Shown piece after piece: positions 46,047-55,300 of a DNA stretch of 64,000 nt. The notes under the pieces are model-generated. The model saw only the letters and a program-made list of their open reading frames with translations, did no database searches and was not told the DNA's origin. Within the stretch, counting starts at the first letter, position 1; each line of letters starts with the position of its first letter. The translations under genes and the position numbers were made by a program. This stretch comes from Candidatus Latescibacterota bacterium. Its GTDB lineage: Bacteria > Latescibacterota > UBA2968 > UBA8231. The stretch lies in NCBI GenBank assembly GCA_965204725.1, contig OZ242005.1:5120001-5184000 (forward strand). The letters are read 5' to 3'.

Positions 46047-47096
46047 CGCGGCTAGGGCCTCCAGCAGCGCGGCAATCTCGGCGTCTGTGCCCACCGAGAT
46101 GCGCAGGCAGTCGGCCAAGCGCGGCGGCGCGGCAAAATAGCGCACCAAAATCCGGCGCTCCTTGAGTTGCGCGTAGATCTGGGCCGCCGTGCAGTTGGCC
46201 CAGCGCGCCCCGAGCCGGGCGAGCACGAAATTGGCCTGTGAATCCCACACGTAAAACCCCAACGCCCGCAGCCGCGCACTCAGGTGGGCGCGCGTCGCGC
46301 AGACGCGGGCGGCGTTGGCGCGCATCGCGTCGATGTCGTCTAGGGCCGCCTCGGCCGCTATCAAGCTCAGCCGATTGAGGTTGTAGTGGTCCTTGACCTT
46401 CCACATGCCCGCAATCAGCGCGGCCGGGGCCAAGGCAAAGCCAATGCGCATACCGGCGAGGGAAAAGGACTTGGACAGGGTGCGCACGACGATGGCATTG
46501 GGGTATTCCGCGACGAGCTGAACGCAGCCGCCCTGCGAGAAGTCGATATATGCTTCATCCACGACCAAGACGCCGTCGACCCGCGCACACAATGCGGCGA
46601 CCTCGTCGTAGGGCACGAGGGTCCCGGAGGGCGCATTGGGATTGGCTAGGAAGGTGATGCGCGCCCCGGGCACGGCCAGCCCCTCGGGCAGGGAAAAATT
46701 TTCCCCGAACTCGACCGGGGTTGCCTTGGCTCCTTGGATGTCGATTAGCGGTTGGTAGTAGCCGTAGGTGGGGTGGGGATAGGCGATTTTGTCGCCCTCG
46801 CTGGCAAAGCTGCGGATGATGACGTTGAGCAACTCGTCCGAGCCGTTGCCAACCATGATCTGCTCGGGGGCCATGGCGAATACGTCGCCCAACTTGCGGC
46901 GCAGAGCCAAAGCGTCTGGATCGGGGTAGAGGCGCAGATCAGCCGCGCAGGCCGCGCGCAGCCGCGCTAGCACTAGCGGGGAGGGCGGGTACGGGTTTTC
47001 GTTGGTGTTGAGCTTGATATAGCCCTGTTCGCGGGGCTGTTCCCCGGGGACGTACCCGCGCAGCCGGGCGATGTTGGGGCGGAACAGGTCCGACAC
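46032..47096 (-). CDS. hisC: Histidinol-phosphate aminotransferase
   Basis: YVPGEQP, KLNTNENPY, GNGSDE, NPNAPSG, DEAY, RTLSKSFSLAGMRIG. Confidence 0.94.
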   Translation of the reverse strand: MSDLFRPNIARLRGYVPGEQPREQGYIKLNTNENPYPPSPLVLARLRAACAADLRLYPDPDALALRRKLGDVFAMAPEQIMVGNGSDELLNVIIRSFASEGDKIAYPHPTYGYYQPLIDIQGAKATPVEFGENFSLPEGLAVPGARITFLANPNAPSGTLVPYDEVAALCARVDGVLVVDEAYIDFSQGGCVQLVAEYPNAIVVRTLSKSFSLAGMRIGFALAPAALIAGMWKVKDHYNLNRLSLIAAEAALDDIDAMRANAARVCATRAHLSARLRALGFYVWDSQANFVLARLGARWANCTAAQIYAQLKERRILVRYFAAPPRLADCLRISVGTDAEIAALLEALAALAPV

Positions 47097-47098
47097 GG

Positions 47099-49288
47099 CT
47101 AATTGCTCGTCGGCTCATCCACGCGCAGCACTTCCAAAACGCCCTCGATGTGCTCGATTTGGTCTATGGCTTGGCGCAGTTGTTTGTTGTCGGCGACATC
47201 GATCCAAAAGTCCTGTTCGGCGATGTGGCCATCGGTGCGAGTGGTGGAGTCGCGGATGTTGGAGCCGGCGTCGCTGATCGCCCGGGCGATGTCCGCGAGC
47301 AAGTACGTGCGGTCCCAACTGCGGGTGCGGAGTTGAACGGTAAAGGCCGGTTCGTCCTCCAACTCCCACTCCACCGCGAGGAGGCGGTCTGGCTCGGCGG
47401 AAATCCGGCCGATGTTGGGGCAGTCCGTGCAGTGAACCGTGACGCCGCGCCCGCGCGTGACCAAGCCGACAATCTCGTCGCCCGGGATGGGACCGCAGCA
47501 CTTGCCGAAGCGGATCATCAGGTTTTGCATGCCTTGGATGCGAATATCGCGGCGGTCTTGGGGCTTAAGGGCGCGCCGCTTGGGCTGGGTCGGAGCTATT
47601 TTGCCGACGACCTTGCCGATTGACAGATCCCCGTTGCCCAAGGCCGCATAGAGGTGCTCGGCGTCGCTAAACCCGAACTCCTCGGCCACGGCTTCGAGGT
47701 CGGGGGGCGCGTCGGCCCGATAGGGTTGCAACCGCCGGTCGAGCGCCTCCTTGCCGAGGCGCACGTTGTGGTCGTATTGCTCCTCCCGCAGCCAGCGGCG
47801 AATGGCTTGGCGGGCCTTGGCGGTCTTGACTTGGTCCAGCCACGCTAACTTGGGCTTTTGCTGCGGCGCCGTGACGATCTCCAAGGTTTCGCCGCTGCTC
47901 AACGTCGCGTTTAGCGGCACGACCTGATTGTTTACTTTGGCTGTCGCGCAATGCAGCCCGATGTCGGTGTGAATGGCAAAGGCGAAGTCAATCGGCGTGG
48001 CGCCCTTGGGCAATGGGTATAGGTCCCCTTTGGGGGTAAGGACAAAAATTTCGTCCGGCGCCGCGAGCTCGGTCTTTAGACTTTCCATGAACTCGACCGG
48101 GTCGGGGGCCTCCTGTTGCCACTCGGAAAGTTGGCTCAGCCAACTCAGGTGTTGGTTCAAATCGCCGGGCGTCTTGTCGTTGGATTTGTACCGCCAGTGG
48201 GCGGCGATGCCGATCTCGGCCGTGTGGTGCATCTGCGCGGTGCGAATTTGCACTTCGACGTATTGCCCGTTGGGGCCAATCACCGAAGTGTGCAGCGACT
48301 GGTACATGTTGCTCTTAGGAGTCGATATATAGTCTTTGATGCGCCCGGGGATGGGGGTGTAAATGTGGTGGACCCAGCCGAGGATTTGATAGCATTCGCG
48401 CACAGTGCCGGTAATGATGCGCACGGCCAGCAGGTCGTAGATTTCCTCAAAGGGCTTGCCGCGTGCCTTCATCTTGTTGTAGATGCTGTAGAAGTTCTTG
48501 GCGCGGCTGGCAAACTCGGCCTTAATGCCATGGGCGTGTAGGCATTCCTCGATCGGGACCTTGAATTCCTTTATATAGTCTTCGCGCTCTTGGCGCGTCA
48601 TGGCCACGTTGTTGCGCAACTCTTGGTACATTTCGGGTTCGAGGAACTTGAGGCTTTGGTCTTCTAGTTGCCAGCGGATCCGCGCCAGCCCAAAGCGGTG
48701 GGCCAGCGGCGCGTACACTTCGAGCGTTTCGCACGCGGTCCGCTCACGGGATTTGGGGCTTAGGTATTCGAGCGTCCGCATGTTGTGTAGGCGATCGGCC
48801 AGCTTGATGAGTATGACGCGGATGTCCTCGACCGTAGAGAGCAACATCTTGCGGTAGGTCTCGGCTTGGCGCGCCTCGCGGCTTTCGTAGGTTATCTGAT
48901 CGATTTTGGTGACGCCGGCGATCAGCTCGGCGATCTTGTCGCCAAACTGATCGGCGACCTCCGCATGGGTGGCCGGTGTATCTTCGATGACGTCGTGCAA
49001 AAGCCCGGCTGCAACCGTGGTGTGGTCCAAGCCCAACTGGGCGAGCAGCCGCGCCACTTCGACGCAGTGGGACAAAAACGGCTCGCCGGACTTGCGGATC
49101 TGGCCTTCGTGGTGCTCTTTGGCGAAGTGGTAAGCGCGGTTGATCAGCGCGAAATCGGCTTGGTCGTTGCAGGAGGAGACCTCGATGAGCAGCATCGACA
49201 GCCGCAGCTCATCGCCCCCCTGCTCGACGAGTTCGTCCAAGTAGGTATTCGGAAGGGCCGACAGCGGCATGGGAGTGGTTTCGACCAT
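47099..49288 (-). CDS. rel: Bifunctional (p)ppGpp synthetase/hydrolase (long RSH)
   Basis: HD hydrolase LLHDVIED, KLADRLHNMRT, YQSLHT, EVQIRT, TGS and ACT domains. Confidence 0.95.
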   Translation of the reverse strand: MVETTPMPLSALPNTYLDELVEQGGDELRLSMLLIEVSSCNDQADFALINRAYHFAKEHHEGQIRKSGEPFLSHCVEVARLLAQLGLDHTTVAAGLLHDVIEDTPATHAEVADQFGDKIAELIAGVTKIDQITYESREARQAETYRKMLLSTVEDIRVILIKLADRLHNMRTLEYLSPKSRERTACETLEVYAPLAHRFGLARIRWQLEDQSLKFLEPEMYQELRNNVAMTRQEREDYIKEFKVPIEECLHAHGIKAEFASRAKNFYSIYNKMKARGKPFEEIYDLLAVRIITGTVRECYQILGWVHHIYTPIPGRIKDYISTPKSNMYQSLHTSVIGPNGQYVEVQIRTAQMHHTAEIGIAAHWRYKSNDKTPGDLNQHLSWLSQLSEWQQEAPDPVEFMESLKTELAAPDEIFVLTPKGDLYPLPKGATPIDFAFAIHTDIGLHCATAKVNNQVVPLNATLSSGETLEIVTAPQQKPKLAWLDQVKTAKARQAIRRWLREEQYDHNVRLGKEALDRRLQPYRADAPPDLEAVAEEFGFSDAEHLYAALGNGDLSIGKVVGKIAPTQPKRRALKPQDRRDIRIQGMQNLMIRFGKCCGPIPGDEIVGLVTRGRGVTVHCTDCPNIGRISAEPDRLLAVEWELEDEPAFTVQLRTRSWDRTYLLADIARAISDAGSNIRDSTTRTDGHIAEQDFWIDVADNKQLRQAIDQIEHIEGVLEVLRVDEPTSN

Positions 49289-49424
49289 GGGAGCTTTCGT
49301 TTTCTAGGGGCTCGTCAATATCGTCAATATAGAAAAAAAACAAGTACATACAAGCAGAATTCACCCCCCTCGTTTGCCCGCGCGGCCGAAGTTAAATTAA
49401 AATGGGAAGAGCAAAGGACGCAGC

Positions 49425-49814
49425 ATGGGGCGGCTACATACTGAAAACGCACCGGCGGTGACGCGCGCGGATAAAATCCTCGCGCTCGTCGTGGGCTTGA
49501 GCGCAGTTGGGCTGGTACTCTACGGCCGCTACACGGCCGAGGCCGGCGGCGTGCTCATCGTCGAGCTGGCGGGGGCCGCGCCGGCCGCGCACGACCTGTC
49601 CAACTACGGAGTCTTGCCGATTGTCGGGCCTTTGGGAGCGAGCGAAATCGAAATCGGCCCCCAAGGCGTGCGCGTGATTTCCGCGCCCTGCGTCCACAAG
49701 GTCTGCATGCGGCGCGGCTGGATGCAGCGAGCGGGAGACGTGACCGCGTGTGTGCCCAACGGCCTAGTGCTGAGAATCGCTGGCCCCGCGCCCCTAGACG
49801 CGATGGTGCGCTGA
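49425..49814 (+). CDS. NusG domain II-containing membrane-anchored protein
   Basis: N-terminal TM; GPLG, APCVHKVC...G.......CVPN. Confidence 0.8.
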   Translation: MGRLHTENAPAVTRADKILALVVGLSAVGLVLYGRYTAEAGGVLIVELAGAAPAAHDLSNYGVLPIVGPLGASEIEIGPQGVRVISAPCVHKVCMRRGWMQRAGDVTACVPNGLVLRIAGPAPLDAMVR

Positions 49815-50335
49815 TGTTTACGCGCCCTAGAGACGTGGCCCGTTTGGGGCTTATGGCCAGTGCGGCCATCGTGCTCTTCGCCTTTGAATCGCTGGTCCCC
49901 AAGCCTTTGCCGTGGATGAAGTTGGGGCTCGGCAATCTGCCGGTCTTGGTCGCGCTGGTGAGCTTTGGCGGGGGGCCGGCCCTCGCCGTTAGTGCCACCA
50001 AGCTCCTAGTCGGCGGTTTGCTCAGCGGGGGCTTTGCCGGTCCGGCCTTTGTCATCGGCGGCGGGGCTGGCTTGGCGAGTTGGCTGGTCATGGTTGCGGT
50101 GCGCCGCATGGGAGCGCGGCTTTTCAGCGTCGTGGGCCTGAGTATCTGGGGCGCGTTGGCGCATCAACTCAGTCAACTCGTTCTGGCCGCTGGCTATATC
50201 GGCCACAGCGGTCTGTTCGCGCTTTTGCCGCTGGCCTTGTTCAGTGCGTTGGTAAGCGGGGGGGCGATTGGCCTGTTGGCTTGGTGGACCTTGGAACAGC
50301 TAGCGAAAATAGGCTGGTTGGACCAAGCCGAGTAA
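49814..50335 (+). CDS. Gx transporter family (heptaprenyl-PP synthase component I-like) membrane protein
   Basis: ES..P.PLPWMKLGLGN, SVVGLSIWGALAHQLSQL; TGATG coupling with the upstream gene. Confidence 0.8.
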   Translation: MFTRPRDVARLGLMASAAIVLFAFESLVPKPLPWMKLGLGNLPVLVALVSFGGGPALAVSATKLLVGGLLSGGFAGPAFVIGGGAGLASWLVMVAVRRMGARLFSVVGLSIWGALAHQLSQLVLAAGYIGHSGLFALLPLALFSALVSGGAIGLLAWWTLEQLAKIGWLDQAE

Positions 50336-50383
50336 CCGTATATCTATTCTATAATGTATAGACTTTTTCGTTAGCTCCTCGCC

Positions 50384-52354
50384 ATGGATTTGCCAAAAGA
50401 GCCTACCTTTCCCGCCCCCGGACGAGCCGAACCAGTCTTTACCACCAAAGCACTGGTGGGGGGCACCCTAGGGTCGCTGTGCATCGCCGTGGGTGCCCCT
50501 TACGGCAACATGGTCATCCGCGGCTCGTACATGTCCATTGATTTCAGCGCGGCGGGTGCCTTGTTCCTCTTCTTCGTGCTGACGGGCTTGTTCAACGCCT
50601 TGCTGGCTCGCTTCGCCGCTCCGGTGGCCTTTGGGCGCGGCGAGCTCATCGTCGCGTACATCATGATGCTCACGGCCTCGGCCATCCCCACGATGGGCCT
50701 TAGCGAGTACTGGCTGACGATCATCACCGGCGCCCAGTACTACGCCACCCCGGAAAACGAGTGGGCCTTGCTCATCCTACCGCACCTTCCCGACTGGATC
50801 GCGCCGCAGGATCCCGAGTCGATCAAGTGGTTTTACGAAGGGGCGCCGCGCACCGCGGGCGTACCTTGGGCGGTCTGGAGCGTCCCGCTGTGCTATTGGG
50901 CCGTGCTGATCGTGGCGCTGTACTTGGTCATGATCTCGTCTATGGTCATTTTGCGCCGCCAATGGGTGGAGCGGGAGCGGCTGGTCTATCCGCTGGTGCA
51001 AGTGCCCTTGGCCATGGTGCAGAGCGGCAGCCGAGGGCAGGCCCTAGGGCCTTTCTTCAAAAACCCGATCATGTGGATCGGATTTGCCCTGCCCGTGTTC
51101 GTCAGCAGCCTCAACGCCCTACACGCGTACTTCAACTTCGTCCCCGCCATCCAGCTCGTCGCCTCGGTGCCAATCCTACGCAACACCGTCAGCCTGATCT
51201 TCCGCTTGAGCTTTCCCATGGTGGGGTTCGCCTATCTCATCAACCTCGACATCGCCTTCAGCCTGTGGTTTTTCAACACCATCGCCAAGCTGATTCGAGG
51301 AGGGCTGGGGGTTTTAGGGGTCGGCAGCACCGAAAAGCTGGGCATTTACGGCGCGCCCAGCGAGCCTATTCTCGCCCACCACGGGCAGGGGGCGATGATC
51401 GTCTTGGTGCTGTTCGGCCTGTGGGTTGGCCGCGAGCACCTGCGCGACGTGCTGCGCAAGGCCCTCAAGGGCGACGACCGTATTGACGACCGCGGCGAGA
51501 TGCTCTCCTATCGGGCAGCGGTCTTAACTTGGCTCGGGGGGGTCGCGGTGATGACAATCTGGCTGTGGCAGTCCGGCTTGCCGCTGTGGGCGTCCTTTTT
51601 GACCCTGATGCTGGCCATTCTTATTTTCGTCGGCTTGACCCGCGTGGTGGTAGAGGGGGGCGTGGCCGCGGCGGTCGGGCCGATGATTTCGTCGTCGGCC
51701 TTGGTCTCGGCCGTAGGCTCTTCGGCGCTTGGCCCGGCGGGTATGGTGGGCCTTGCGTACACTTATGTATGGGCGGCGGATATCCGCACGTTTGTCATGG
51801 CTTCCTGCGCCCACGGACTCAAGCTGGGCGAGGAGTTGGGGCCGCGGCTGCGCCCGCTTTTTTGGTACATGTTGCTGGCGATTTTTGTCAGCATCGTCGG
51901 CTCGGTCGCAGCCATTTTATACCTCGCCTACGAATACGGCGGCATCAACCTCAACGGGTGGTTTTTTGGTGGTGGAACTCGCGCCCCTTTTGATTATATT
52001 ACCACCAAGTTGAGCGCGCCCACCGAGCCGAATATAGACGGCTGGATTCACACGGTGGTCGGCGGGGGCATCATGGCCCTGCTCATGTGGGCGCGGCACC
52101 AGCTTTTGTGGTGGCCGCTGCATCCCATTGGCTATCCCATTGGGGCCGTGTGGCTGATGGATCAGTTGTGGTTTAGCATTGCCCTTGCTTGGCTCTTAAA
52201 GTTAGCGGCCATGAAATACGGCGGTCCCAGCCTTTTTCGCCGGGCGCGCCCCTTCTTTTTAGGACTAATCGTAGGTCAGTTTTTTATCGCCGGGCTCTGG
52301 TTGATTATCGACTTTTTTACAGGCATGACCGACAATGTGGTCTTCTGGATCTGA
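50384..52354 (+). CDS. DUF6785/DUF6784-like polytopic membrane protein (OPT-like transporter candidate)
   Basis: Many TM helices; LRRQWVERERLVYPL, WWPLHPIGY, WLLKL...KYGG......PFFLGLIVG. Confidence 0.75.
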   Translation: MDLPKEPTFPAPGRAEPVFTTKALVGGTLGSLCIAVGAPYGNMVIRGSYMSIDFSAAGALFLFFVLTGLFNALLARFAAPVAFGRGELIVAYIMMLTASAIPTMGLSEYWLTIITGAQYYATPENEWALLILPHLPDWIAPQDPESIKWFYEGAPRTAGVPWAVWSVPLCYWAVLIVALYLVMISSMVILRRQWVERERLVYPLVQVPLAMVQSGSRGQALGPFFKNPIMWIGFALPVFVSSLNALHAYFNFVPAIQLVASVPILRNTVSLIFRLSFPMVGFAYLINLDIAFSLWFFNTIAKLIRGGLGVLGVGSTEKLGIYGAPSEPILAHHGQGAMIVLVLFGLWVGREHLRDVLRKALKGDDRIDDRGEMLSYRAAVLTWLGGVAVMTIWLWQSGLPLWASFLTLMLAILIFVGLTRVVVEGGVAAAVGPMISSSALVSAVGSSALGPAGMVGLAYTYVWAADIRTFVMASCAHGLKLGEELGPRLRPLFWYMLLAIFVSIVGSVAAILYLAYEYGGINLNGWFFGGGTRAPFDYITTKLSAPTEPNIDGWIHTVVGGGIMALLMWARHQLLWWPLHPIGYPIGAVWLMDQLWFSIALAWLLKLAAMKYGGPSLFRRARPFFLGLIVGQFFIAGLWLIIDFFTGMTDNVVFWI

Positions 52355-52371
52355 GAAAGGCACGTACAGCT

Positions 52372-55300
52372 ATGCCTAAGTTCGCGGTGAGGTGGATGGC
52401 CCTCGGCTGGGTTTTGGCCAGCGCGGCCCCGGCTTGGACCGAGGTCGATTTCGCCGAATTGGCGCATACGACTCCGGTCGAGCGCGTACAGCAGACGATG
52501 GACACTTTTGCTGGCTTGGGGTCTAGAGTGGCTGGCTATCGAGGCGCCGATCAAGCAGCCCAGATCGTGCAGGAGCGCTTCCGCGCAATCGGCCTCGACG
52601 ACATTGCAGTCCACGAATACGATGTGTCGATTCCCGTCGATAAGGGCGGGTTTCTGCAAGTCGTTGGCAGCGACGAACAAGTGCCCATTCACGGCCTCTG
52701 GCCCAACCTCGTCAAGACCTCGACGTTGCCCGAGGGTGGGGTGACCCAGCGCTTGATCGACGCCGGCGCCGGCGAGTACGCAGACATGGACGGCCAACAA
52801 GTCGAAGGGGCCGTGGCCCTGATGGACTTCAACTCGGATGACGCTTGGCTCAATGCCGCGTACCTCGGGGCGCAGGCCATCCTCTTTATCGAGCCGGATT
52901 CCACCGTGTACTTGGAGGGCGAAAAGAAGTTCCTGACCATGCCGCTCGACCTGCCGAGGTTTTGGGTCAATCGCCAAGCTGGTCAGCGCTTGCGCCGCCA
53001 GTTGGCCACCGAGGGCGAGCAAACTCTGCACCTAGAGTACCGCATGGATTGGGAGCGGCGTCCCGCTTGGAACATTCTCGGCTCGATCCCCGGGTACGAT
53101 CCCCTAATGAAAGAGGACGTCATCGTGCTGGAGGCGTACTACGACGCCATGTCGGTCGTGCCGGCCCTCGCCCCGGGTGCCGAGCAGGCCTCCAGCATTA
53201 CGGCGCTGTTGGAACTAGCGCGCTATTTCCGCGCCAACCCGCCGGCGCGCACAATCGTCTTTCTCGCCACCTCGGCCCACCACTTGGGCTTGCGCGGGGT
53301 CGATGATTTCATTCAGCGCTATTTGCGTAAAGAAGATCCCTTTATCGAACACATGCTGGTCAGGCGGGTCGTCGATGCGGCCCTCGCCCAGGACCTGATC
53401 GCCCAAGACGGCATTCACTACGCCATCGGCGAGGACCAATTCACCGGCAAGGAAGCCCTCGTGCGGGGCGTTGCCGAAGGGCGCACCGACTTGGCCGTGC
53501 GCGTTGCCGACGCCGCTCTCGCCGAAGGGCTGCTGGCCCAAGCGGAAGCCACTCCGAGCAGTTCAAGCTGGTGGAAAAAAACAATAGCATGGCTCAGGGG
53601 GCTGCTGAGCCGCGAAGAAGGCGTCCTGCACCTTGCCGACAAGCAATTCAAAGACCGCCGCGAACTGATCGCTCAGCTCGACGCGGACGATGACTTGCGC
53701 TTGGCCCTGTACAAGCGCTGGGCCGATCCCAAAATCGATTCGCTCGCGGTCAAGCTCTTTATCAGCCTCGACCTTTCGTCCCAGACCGACGAGCTCGGGG
53801 TGTGGAACAGCAATACCAGCTTTTACTACAAGCGCTACTTCGCGCCCTTCGGCAAGAACTTTATGGGATATGCGCGCACGATCAGCCGCGAGTTGGGCTA
53901 CCAGCAGCGCGACGTGCTGGTCAATGGCATCAGCCCCGAAGGCGGCATGAGTTGGCAGACCTTTGTACCCGGCGAAATATCGGTCAACAGCGAATTGGTG
54001 TTGGCCACCGGTACGCCGGCGTTGGCCTTTGTCACGGTCAACGACGCCCGCTTCCTCGTCGATACGCCCTTAGACCGCGCCGAGCGCGTCAACCACGCCA
54101 ATCTCGCCAAACAGATCCGAGTCCTCGCCGGCATGTTCGAGATGGCCTTTGAAGACCCCGAGCTTTTCCCAGACTTCAAGATGCGCCTGCGCGACAATCT
54201 GCGCTCGCTCCGCGGCCGCACCATGGTCTTTCCGCGCCGCAGCATCATCCCCGACCTGCCGCGCGCCGACGCCGTGGCCGTGGTGCGCAACGGCAAGAAA
54301 AAGTCGTATAAGGGTGTGCGCGGCGAGTACTATGAAGTCGTCGACGACAAGGGGGCCTTTTTCGTAAATCGGGTGCGGGTCAACAACGTCCAGATCGAGG
54401 GCTACTACATGGACCCGATCACCGGCCGCATCACCTACGCTCCAGACCGCGGCGTGCAAGGCGACGAGAGCTACCCCATGAAGGTCGCCATGGACTGGCG
54501 CGACAAGCAGTGGATGGTCATCCTCTTCCCCTGTGTGCCCTACAACTTCTTCGACATCGTCGATCCGCGCTATCTCACCAAGCTGTCCAACGTGGAGGTC
54601 TTCGACGAGACGAACAGCGCCCCAGTAGAATACGGTTATACCATTGGCGAAGGCCCCTCGGCCCAAAACGAGCCGGTCGGCGTGCTCTTTGCGCGGCCCG
54701 GCTCGCGCATCAAGATGGGATTCGGGGCCGGCCTGCTGGGGTTCCGCTCGCTCCTGCTCAACGCCACCAGCGTAACCGACAAGGAAAAGGCCGAGGGCGA
54801 GGGCTTTGAGATCCGCCCCGGGACTTCCTTTGCCCGCACGACCTTCCAAGCCGCCCAAGACATGTGGAACCTCGACGAGTCGCGGATGCGCGAGCTGCGG
54901 AGCTTTGCCATTGAAAACCAGCGCCTCAACGACCTTCACTATCGGGCCGAGACCGAGTTGGACCAAGCGGCCGCGGCCGGCACCGAGCAGCGCTGGGGCG
55001 ATTTTGTGCGCCACACCCGTGCGGCCTTCGGCTTAGAGTCGCGCGCCTACCCCGACGTCAAATCCACCCAAAACGACGTCATTCAGGGCATCATCTTCTT
55101 CATGGCCCTCGTCATTCCCTGCGCCTTTTTTACCGAGCGGCTCCTGTTTACGGCCGCCACCATTCGCAACCAGATCATCGGGTTTGTCGGGGTTTTTATC
55201 GCGATTTGGAGCGTGTTGTGGATGGTGCATCCGGCCTTTCAGTTGTCCAACCCCTTCGTCATTCTGCTCGCTTTCGTCATCATCGCGCTGGCCGTCCTCG

